A stretch of DNA of 64,000 bases from Bugula neritina (lineage: Eukaryota; Animalia; Bryozoa). Under the pieces are notes generated by a model that worked only from the letters and a program-made list of their open reading frames with translations, searched no databases and was not told where the DNA came from. This document shows positions 54,101-64,000 of the stretch, one piece after another. Where the stretch lies: NCBI GenBank assembly GCA_964035545.1, contig OZ037766.1:1426001-1490000 (forward strand), written 5' to 3'. Made by a program: the position numbers and the translations under genes. The stretch's first letter is position 1. Every line of letters starts with the position of its first letter.

Positions 54101-55869
54101 AACGGTTACTAGTAGAAGTAGTAAACAGTTACTAGTAGAAGTAGTAAACAGTTACTAGTAGAAGTAGTAAACGGTTACTAGTAGAAGTTATGACTTTGTG
54201 TTACAGAAACATTGGCTTAGACTAAGAAACCTGACTGTGCGGCTGATAGCCACCTCAGTCTACGTCGTAGCCGGGGTGGCTAGCGGGTCCCCCACCCTCC
54301 CAGACTTACTGAAGCATTTAGTGAAGGACTATTCTGAGCAGCTCTCTCTGTGGAAACAGCAGCAGGTTCCCCAGGTACCCCAGCTACTCTCTCTTACAAG
54401 TCGACCTTGACCTTTGTGCACTTCTATTGGTGTTGACATGTTTGACACTGCCCGCAGGTTCCCCGTTTCACCACTCTACACACAAGGCTAGTGCAGCAGA
54501 CACAGTCCAATCACCTGCAACTTCTCCTTGACCTCGTCACCGCTGTCGTCAGAGTTATCGATGTTAGCATGAGCGGCAGCAAGGAAGAGGGTAAGTTCTA
54601 CACAGTAGTTATTGAGAAGACAACGCCTAGTTCTGAAAACAGATTATATTTTCTCGAAGTTTCTCTCTTGTTGTTGCAGAAGGCAGTGTTGAGGAGCTCT
54701 TCACGCAGCTGTCGGACAAACTATCCTCAGGCGTCAAGTCAGTTAGCTCTGAGGCTAAAGAGGCAAAGACTAGCCTTAGAGACATGACCAAACACATATC
54801 AGACTTGAGCTCTCTCGCAGAGGTGAGACGTCGCGGGGAAAGGCCGTCTGTTTGTGTTTCCTGTTTTCTACACAAGCCTTGCGTAGTTATCACGTGTTGG
54901 AATTCTTTAGTAGTTTGTTAGAAATAGACACACGCAGGTAATTGCTGTACTTCTTACTTTTAGCTGCTGAGTTTCGCTACAATATTAGTCAGTGTTCTTT
55001 GGAAACTGTATCTCCCGGTTAGGCAGGCTGCAAACCCCAGGAAGAAAAAGCATGGAGGGCAAAGCAAGCCAGCAGTGCCCAAGGCTATGGTTTGTATTGT
55101 TCTGCCATTATACCGGAGTAGGGTGTGTCTTGTATATGCTCTGTTACAGTATATGCATTCAACAGTATATGTACAAAGCTAAAGAACAATGAAAGAATAT
55201 TACTCTATATAAGTTTTATATTTCTCTATTATATTACCATATTGTACTTGTCATTCACTCTACTTCAACTATTATTGAATCATATTATATTCTGGTAATG
55301 TATTATTGTGTGATATTATTATATTACTCTATGATAACATTATATTACTGTATTATAATATTATGTTATTGTATATTATATGATAATACTATATGATAAT
55401 ATTATATTACAGATGAGCTCACACTCTCAACTCAAGCAACTTGTTAATCATCTGCAGAGTTTAATTCAAAGTGTTTCTCTACTAACTGTCCCAGAATCCT
55501 CTGAATCTTTGCTCAGTCGCATGAGTTCTCTCACCTTGTCACACCCGTCTAGCCCAGCTGACTCACCTAGCCCAGCGGATTCACCTAGCCCAGCTGATCC
55601 AGCTAGCTCAGCTGACTCCTCTAAGGTATGCTTATATGCATTGATATGAAGTCATTGTATCTGTTTTTGAATTTCTAATTTATTTTTTTCAAGCTGATTG
55701 TTGTACTTTTTCATCAACTTTGGTTTTCAAATATGAGTTGTATTTCCAGACGGAGTTTACTGCCCTTGTCTCTAAGAACATTTCACTCAGCTACGAGAAA
55801 ACTGCGAGAGAGATCCACGCTCTACTGGCCAATAAGAAGCTCTTCCTTGACTCTGTGATTACATCATGA
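45154..55869 (+). CDS. NAA25: NatB auxiliary subunit (MDM20/NAA25)
   Basis: ERKLRYVYDLLDFGNYKKALQEAEKVLKKH; NEEYLSHLFMAHVRLGNYKKQHQTA; NPYYYWSIMSLILQ; LLPLAEKM; FGNKPCCYKDL; IKQILYDSMG; LIQCYKFGTFSKVEEF; LRDNREL. Stop at 55867-55869. Confidence 0.93.
47785..47962. repeat. 23-bp tandem repeat (8 copies) of an NAA25 exon end plus donor
   Basis: Unit TTATTCTCCAG|GTAYGCTCTGCT. Confidence 0.93.
48186..48560. repeat. ~42-bp minisatellite ending in an NAA25 acceptor
   Basis: Unit GGGGGAGAGAATCAGACTAGATACTGTGTTCCCTTCTGATTA; the last degenerate copy ends ttctgatttcag|GCG. Confidence 0.92.
48672..49246. repeat. 22-bp tandem repeat (~26 copies) of an NAA25 acceptor plus exon start
   Basis: Unit CTATACTGTAG|AGGTTGTGTTA. 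Confidence 0.95.
52515..53158. repeat. 17-bp minisatellite abutting NAA25 acceptor at 53162
   Basis: Unit CTGTATAGTCTGAGTAA, about 38 copies. Confidence 0.95.
53804..54188. repeat. 23-bp minisatellite near NAA25 acceptor at ~54206
   Basis: Unit GTTACTAGTAGAAGTAGTAAACA. Confidence 0.93.
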
Positions 55870-56449
55870 AGAAGTAAGACTAGGATATGACATTGCCTGG
55901 TAACAATGTGCTACACTAATGGGTGATATTACATGGGAACACTTCTACAAACATTGTTATGAGTAGAAATGGTTTCATCTGGTGGCTGCTATAGTGAAAG
56001 AGTACTGGAGGTACCAGCTTGGTAACATTACAAATAAACTCAATAGTACGTCTTCCTGAATAGTACGTTTATCCAAACAACTTATGGTGTTCAGATTTAC
56101 CTGATCAAATATCTTTAGTGTGCTAGTCTATTGGCTTTAAATTTGTGTATTTGTTGAGAACAAGAACTTTTAGTGTGTTGTCAAAGTAAATGCAGACTAA
56201 GTCATGCATTATCCAATAGTCATTCACCTTCCAAATGTTTGTTTTATTTTGATTTCAGTGTTTTTATTGTAAATATTTTGTTGTTTGAGTCAAGTTATAT
56301 ATGAACAAGCTTTTCTTCAAAATAATTTGTTGGAAATTATAGGCAATACACATGTTTTAATGTTACTTAGAAATGTATAATTAAATACTTGAATCTGGAA
56401 AATAATTTGGAATAATAAATATCTAATAGTGACAATCATTGGTGTTAGT

Positions 56450-59193
56450 TTATGTCTTCCTACGCGTTATGTGATCGTAAATTACTATTTGAATGTACTT
56501 GGGGGAGTCGAGAACCACCCGCGTTGAATTGTCCCCGGGTGCAGATTTTGGGTCTACGTTTAGTATTTTCCTGTCTCGTTTGTTTTTGAAGAGGAGGCCT
56601 GAGGCGTTCTCAGCAATCACCTGGTAGTTGGGTGTCGGGTTGGACGTGGAGGTTTGAGTCTCCCAGTTGTAGAAACTGTAAAAGTGGATCAGCTAAACAT
56701 GTATCGTGTGAAAATAAATAATTATATACATATTCTTGCTTTAAGATTTTATACCAGATTGTTGGTATTGAGCACACATGGTTATGTTATTGTTTTATCA
56801 GCAAATTACAAACACTGAATGTGTAAATACCCTGTGCTCACCTTAAGTCTGAAGGTTTGGGTAGTAGTCGTTTCTTCCCGCTAAAGTACTGCTCGAAGTC
56901 CTCGGTTTTTAGTCTATGAGCGTAGTCTATATAGCCTGAGATCTCTTGTCCCCTTGAGTTCTTGTCTCTTATGAACACTATAGACTACAACATGACATGT
57001 TATTGGCATTCAAGTCGTAGTGATGTGGCAAATTGGGTAGGAGAGATGTAATCATAATTTCATTATGCAGAGAGTAATTTAATTAAAATCGGAAATAATA
57101 AAATATAGTTCATGTACATACAGAGAAATTGTTTCAAATACTCTCAACACTGGAATAAATCAATCAATAGATCAATATACACTTACGGTCATCTTGCCAC
57201 TTCTGTTGGACTCTTCCCTATTAGCTAGGGCTTTTAGAAATGGATCTTTAATATCTTTACCTTGGTGGGCAAGTTGTCTGCAATTTCAATAGGAAAACAT
57301 TTTATAACTGCTTTTGCTAGGCTTTCAATTATATTCCAGTAAAAACTGGCAACTGTGAAAAATAAATTTTATACTATAGAAAAAGTAGAATGACTATTCC
57401 GTAGTGAATACAGACAAGAGAACTAAAGTTAAAGCTTGTGAATAGTTCCCACAAGTGAAATGGAGAATAGTACCAGAAGGGAGGGAGTCAAACGGAAAGA
57501 GCTGAGGTAGTGAGAAGAAGAATTGATAAGAGGATAAAGAGAGTGATGTAATACTACCAGAAATGTATTGTGGAATAAAAGCACTGTCAGTTAAACTATA
57601 AATAAAAAGCAATCTTGAGGCAGGAGCAAGCAAAAACCATTTGGGTAAGTGAATATATAATGTTGAATAAAATAAGTGATGAGAAGTTGCAAGACAGAGG
57701 GGGTAGTATGGCAAGACAGAGGGTGTAGTATGGCAAGACAGATCGGAGGTAGTATGGCTAGACAGAGGGTGTAGTATGGCAAGACAGAGGGTGTAGTATG
57801 GCAAGACAGAGGGTGTAGTATGGCAAGACAGATGGTGTAGTATGGCTAGACAGAGGGTGTAGTATGGCAAGACAGAGGGTGTAGTATGGTAAGACAGAGG
57901 GGGTAGTATGGCTAGACAGAGAGTGTAGCATGGCAAGACAGATGGTGTAGTATGGCTAGACAGAGGGGGTAGTATGGCAAGACAGAGGGTGTAGTATGGC
58001 AAGACAGATGGTGTAGTATGGCAAGACAGAGGGTGTAGTATGGCAAGACAGAGGGTGTAGTATGGCAAGACAAAGGGGGTAGTATGGCTAGACAGAGAGT
58101 GTAGCATGGCAAGACAGATGGTGTAGTATGGCTAGACAGAGGGGGTAGTATGGCAAGACAGAGGGGGTAGTATGACAAGACAGAGGGTGTAGTATGGCAA
58201 GACAGAGGGTGTATTATGGCAAAGCAAAGGGGGTAGTATGGCAAGACAGAGGGTGTAGTTTGGCAAGACAGAGGGTGTAGTATGGCAAGACAGATCGGGG
58301 GTAGTATGGCAAGACAGATAGTCTGGACAAGAGAATAAAGGAGCTAACACTGAGTTGTAATACAAGCAATGTGCATGACGGTGCCAGTAGGGGGGGTTAT
58401 AAGAGGACAGTCAAAGAGAAAGTAGGAAACAACCCAAAAGGAAATGAAAGGTTTGATGTAGAAAAAGACTACAGCAAGAAAATGTTACAAGATTTACCAA
58501 ACAAGTGGTGCAACACTTACTGACAGTAACAGAAATCCACAAAAAGTGGGAGGAGCTTAAAAGACAGTTGAATTATGGCAGTATGAGAGGGAAAGCTGAA
58601 ACTGCATAGAAATAACCAGGTATGGAAAGACTCACTTTGTTTTATTACGTTGTGCAAGACGAGAAGCTTCTGCTTGTTGCTTTCTCGCTTCAAATTCTTC
58701 TCTCTTTAATACTTCTCCACTACCTCGATATCCTAATTCAACTAATTGTCTAGCAAGCTCTTCATCCTAATAGCAAAGGTTAAAGAAAAAAATAAAATAC
58801 TTTGAAGTCACGAAAATGTTTCTTATAAAATCATTTATTTGCTTACCCTATCTTATGTTTGTAATGACATGCAATATGAATAAACTTATAAACATGTTTC
58901 TCGTTTGATGCAAGCAAGTTTTGTTATCTTCAACTTGTACTTTTCAAATTCTTTGAGATTTTAAATCAGACAGTTTAAATGTTTGTTTGACAGCTTTACC
59001 TCTAATTAAAACTTAAAAATACATATAGCTTATACCTACAGAGTACAGATTTAGTCATTTACTGATGAGTGATTTCTGATCATACCTCTAAATAAAAAAG
59101 ATCCAATGGTGTGATTTGAGAGTCTAAAAACTGTTCATAAGTTTCGAATTCTGTTATGACATTGTCTGTACCAGTAGGAGCATCGTCGTCCAT
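56450..59193 (-). CDS. CFAP299: Cilia- and flagella-associated protein 299 (C4orf22, DUF4464); 5 exons, missed by the ORF track
   Basis: [36 protein letters not shown]|[29 protein letters not shown]...[11 protein letters not shown]|[54 protein letters not shown]...[10 protein letters not shown]. Confidence 0.93.
57692..58320. repeat. ~23-bp minisatellite in CFAP299 intron 2
   Basis: Unit GGCAAGACAGAGGGTGTAGTAT. Confidence 0.93.
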
Positions 59194-59900
59194 TGTTTCA
59201 CAACTCTTGGAATGTTATTTTTGCAGAAACAAGTGGTGTATGCCTAGCAAGTATAGTTGATAATTATGGTTGCAGCAATAATACTCATTTCTTGCTTTAA
59301 CCGCTTTACTCAGTCAACAAATTAATGTGTCTGCGCTACGTCACACTAGCATTGATTTGTATAAAAAAAAATATTAGATTATATTTTTATTTTTCATAAA
59401 TAAAGAAAACATTTTAAATTAATATTTCAATGTTTTTGTACAAAATTATTAAATAAATAAGTAAATAAATACCGTTTCAGGGTGTATGTGCACCAATATT
59501 GTTACTAGGTAAAAGTCATAGTCCAAGAACTACAAATTTAGACGAGTGACTTCAACTTAGAGAAAAATGTAGGCTTTTATTCTGGGAAAGAGTGTAGTTA
59601 TTTACGACAATAAAAAGGGGTGGTTTCTACTTTTACGACAAAAAAGCTTGTTGTAAAAGGGTACCTTCGGCCTAAAGAAAAGTTGGAAAATCCTGCACAT
59701 AAATTTCCTCCTGATTCATTCCGATTAGCAAACTCAAGCATAATGAATGTTAATGTGACCGTCCTTGAGATTGAAAGACTGCTATTTTGTTATTTATAAA
59801 CTTTATTGCATTTGAATTTTACTGTTCACGTAGTTTTTAATTGATTGCACTCCAATTTTAAAATTTAAAAAACAATTTGAATTTATTTATCAAAATCAAG

Positions 59901-62900
59901 ATGGATTCAGCCAAAGAGAAAAGCCAAACTGAAACTCAAGCTCAGAGGTTAGTGTAATTATAAGTTAAAGTTGTGCTGTTAGTTTTTGTGTCAGTGAGTG
60001 TAATTAAACTCTTGCAAGACTAGAGCATGTTCTTAAATACAGTGTGAGTAATTGTAAATGAATAATTCACTTTCAGTATCAGTAGCCGTAGGACTATTAC
60101 TATTAGAGTATTACTGTTAGTATAACTATAACTATAAGTATGGCATTGAGTTTGACTGTGGGATTGAGTATGACTATGACAGTATGAGTAAGCGTAGTCG
60201 TAGTTTTCATTATTGCCACGACTTAGTTTTACAAGTTTCCAGTTTTGTTTTTTTAAAGCAAATGTGTAAACTGTGAAGTTTCAACTATAGGTCATTAACA
60301 AAAACTTTTTAAACATTTTGTAGATTTTTTAAGCTGATATGCAATTTTACCTAAGTGCTTCTAGTTACTGTTAGTGATACCAACAGTTTGAGTGCCAGTA
60401 ATCTTCAATTGTGATTGTATCTTGAAATTATCATTATGATTATACTATCATGTCCAGGAAAGAGGGTTATTTATCTTACAACTCAATCAGTTTTGCATGC
60501 ATGTTAATTTTATTCGAATGGTAAGTTAACTACTTGAATATTCTGTTTATTTTAAGGTTGGTGGCACCAATATGCTCTCATTGTTGATATGTTTCTTTGT
60601 ATTAGTAGTAACATTTTATTTTCAACAAACTTTTTGCTGATTTTATCTATTTTCTATTTACCGTTTGCAACTTTGCTAACCTTATCACTCATTAAAGAAA
60701 TAACATAACTTATATAACAATAAAATGTTGAAGTTAAACAAACAGGCTTATGAATTGAAATGATAAATAAACATGGCAATAACAAATGAGTATGTGTTTA
60801 AATAAAATAATGAGGAATGTCAGTGGATGTGTGAAGTTTATAACTTTTTGGTATCTATAAAGTAGTTCTGTATTTTGCTTCAGTGTAAAGAAAAATCAGC
60901 AGAAACTCTTTCACGTTCATGAAAGATTTGCGGCCAAAGATGAAGTTGTTAGTATAATTCACAGCTTAAAGGAAGTTTACCTCCACCAAATAAAAACTGA
61001 AAAGGCAATCGAACGGTTCACTTGTAAGTCTAATGACTTTCAATTGAGTATAATTATCTGGTATTTTAATTCAATTTTTTTATAGTATCAATTTAAAGGC
61101 TCTGTTTAGTGGCGATACTTAGTTTTAATTCTATCAATCACTGTCATGCTTATTTGAGTTTGAGTGAAAAATTTTCATGTAAAATTGACTTTTCTATCTT
61201 TTTCCTTAGGGTTGTCGTAAGCTTATTTTACATTTTTTTAAAGCTCAAGAAGTTTATTTATATTATTATTAACAAACATGATACAGTTTCATAGTCGAAA
61301 TAAATTTTAATAAATTTATTCTTGTGTAATATATAGCATGTATAGGTTTATCTGCATTTCAGTTGGCTGTTTATTTAGTTCTAGTAGATGAATATCAAGA
61401 ACAGCCCCATCTGGTGGATCCTCATCTAGAGGAAATTGTTAGCCTCATTCTCTCAAAAGTATGCGCTAAAGACTGTGAACATAGTCACCGAAGCCTCCTC
61501 TTTACCTGCCTGTATCTGCTTACCAAGGTAGAGAAAATCTATAACAGTTTATATTTGTGCTAATAAAATATTCCAAAAAATTAATTATTAAATTTATTCA
61601 TGCTATATGCCTAAATTATGAAATTACTCGCTTTCGTTTAAGCTCTCATTCTATAGCTTAACTGCTACTTGTGGGCATAGCAGTTATGATTGTTGCGTTA
61701 TCAAATTGATATAACTCTGACTGAGTAAGCATGCGCTTTAGATGAGAGGTTACAAGGTCATTGTAAGGTATTTGCCCCATGAAGCTAGTGACGTGGAGAC
61801 TGTTCTAGATTTACTGGGTGAAGAGGACCCTAGCAGTTGTAAGGTGAGCAAACAGTAAATATCATTCTACTAGTAACCTGAATGTATAAGTAACTAATGA
61901 GATTATAGTAGAACATGTAAATTATGTTCTTCAAGGTGACCAATAATAAATAAGTGTAATCTAGTTGTTAATTAAAACATCTAATAACATACTTTGTATA
62001 CAGAATCTGTATTCAACATCTTTCTTTGAAGAAAATAAAAGTAACTTGAGGTAGATATAAGTATATAGATGGTGCTCAGCCCTCACTATAGTAAACTTTT
62101 AGATTAAAAATTTCCTCATTTGATAAATCAACCCAATTCACTATTCAACTAAATCTAGTTATCTACTATTTTGAAAATGACAACTAATTAAGGATCAGCT
62201 GTCTCAACTATATTTATGTAATAAGGCTAAATTTCAACTCTAGATTTTTTATGCTTATGGGAGTTGTGTATCTGTAACTACGGGTTACCGGTGTCACTGC
62301 CCGTTGACTGGTGTTGTGTTGATGTGTAGAACTGGCAGAACAAGTACTGTCTGGTGCTTTGGCTCTCCATGGTGTCCATGATTCCATTTGACTTGTCTAG
62401 ACTCGACAGTCTGGATACTCAGGCTAAACTTCCTGTTATGGACAGGATACTGCAGATTGGCAAGGTATTGTATAGTAGATTGATAATACTGTATAGTAGA
62501 GTGATAATACTGTATAGTAGAGTGACAATACTGTATAGTAGAGTGATAATACTGTATAGTAGAGTGATAATACTGTATAGTAGATTGATAATACTGTATA
62601 GTAGAGTGATAATACTGTATAGTAGAGTGATAATACTGTATAGTAGAGTGATAATACTGTATAGTAGATTGATAATACTGTATAGTAGAGTGACAATACT
62701 GTATAGTAGAGTGATAATACTGTATAGTAGAGTGATAATACTGTATAGTAGAGTGATAATACTGTATAGTAGAGTGATAATACTGTATAGTAGAGTGATA
62801 ATACTGTATAGTAGAGTGATAATACTGTATAGTAGAGTGATAATATTGCATAGTAGAGTGATAATACTGTATAGTAGAGTGATAATACTGTATAGTATAG

Positions 62901-64000
62901 TGATAATACTGTATAGTAGAGTGATAATATTGCATAGAAGAGTGATAATACTGTATAGTAGAGTGATAATACTGTATAGTAGAGTGATAATACTGTATAG
63001 TAGAGTGATAATACTGCATAGTAGATTGATAATACTGTATAGTAGAGTGATAATACTGTATAGTAGAGTGATAATACTGTATAGTAGAGTGATAATACTG
63101 TATAGTATAGTGATAATACTGTATATTAGAGTGATAATACTGTATAGTAGAGTGATAATACTGTATAGTAGAGTGATAATACTGTATAGTAGAGTAATAA
63201 TACTGTATAGTAGATTGATAATACTGTATAGTAGAGTAATAATATTGCATGATGCATAGCATAATGGAACTGTTTGTAATATACATTTGTGAGATACAAT
63301 GCTTTATAGCATAATAACAAATTGTATTACAAAGAATTCAATAAACTTTTTATTCATATGATGTGAATTGGCTCTCTTTTCCAAGCATAAATTCTGAGTT
63401 GTTTTGAAAGAAAGAAAAATAGCAAAATAGAATGTTGTTTATTGAATATAGCAATCGTTCAACAGCAAAAAAATGATGACGGAATTGGCACATTTATGGT
63501 AGAATGTCGTATTATAACTAATAAGTATTAGCGTTTTCATCATATGAACCGACCAATAAGCTGCCAGTAGTAGCAGAAGTTTCGCTCTACCTGCAGACGT
63601 ACCTCTGTGTGACAGACAAGTCAGCGGACGCCGCTGCCTACATGCTAGCCCGGTTTCTTACCAGACCAGACGTGAAGAAGAGGAAGTTGAAGGAGGTGCT
63701 GGAGTGGGCCATCTCCACCCTCACATCTGGTGCAGGTCGGCTCTGGTTATCCGTGTAGGCAGTTGTGTTCATGGGAGCACAACTCCTCAAATATTTCTGC
63801 GTTTACAAGTTATTATATTATGATTGTTTCAAGGTTACATTGATAATATTCATGTAATATATGATGTCTAATATTTATACAATATATAAAATCTAATGTT
63901 ATTACAATACAACATATAACATATAATACAATACAATATAACATATGAAATACATTACTGTTACAGGTGGTGATGCTAGTGCGTATTTCATGCCCAACAA
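59901..64000 (+). CDS. TBCD: Tubulin-specific chaperone D, 5' part (continues beyond window)
   Basis: ERFTFLVDEYQEQPHLVDPHLE; LYLLTKMRGYKVIVRYLPHEASDVE; YCLVLWLSMVSMIPFDLSRLD; DKSADAAAYMLARFLTRPDV. Confidence 0.93.
62465..63250. repeat. 21-bp minisatellite starting at a TBCD donor
   Basis: Unit CTGTATAGTAGAGTGATAATA, about 37 copies; exon ends 62464. Confidence 0.95.

Overview
AT-rich, intron-containing metazoan (invertebrate-like) genomic DNA; the taxon cannot be fixed from the sequence alone. Eleven protein-coding genes can be assembled by hand from GT-AG exons. In order: PPM1E/F-type PP2C phosphatase (-), a hidden 55-aa secreted Cys-rich peptide gene absent from the ORF track (-), an ARSB/I/J-type arylsulfatase (-), TMEM115 (+), cystinosin (-), ARL3 (+), DLAT (-), RNASEH2A (-), NAA25 (+), CFAP299 (-) and the 5' part of TBCD (+). 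Eight of them sit in four head-to-head pairs. There is also a deleted mariner element, a tRNA-derived element, an ~800-bp pure (CA)n and about 30 intronic minisatellites. Most long ORFs in the supplied track are repeat artefacts. Four things stand out. (1) The arylsulfatase has two pairs of equal-length duplicated exons that look mutually exclusive and swap active-site loops. (2) The unannotated peptide gene has a signal peptide, 4 Cys and a C-terminal Gly. (3) Intronic minisatellites are mostly anchored on splice sites, and often amplify the splice site itself. (4) First introns carry a distinct 6-bp-periodic low-complexity sequence. Exon coordinates were read manually and may be off by a few bases.
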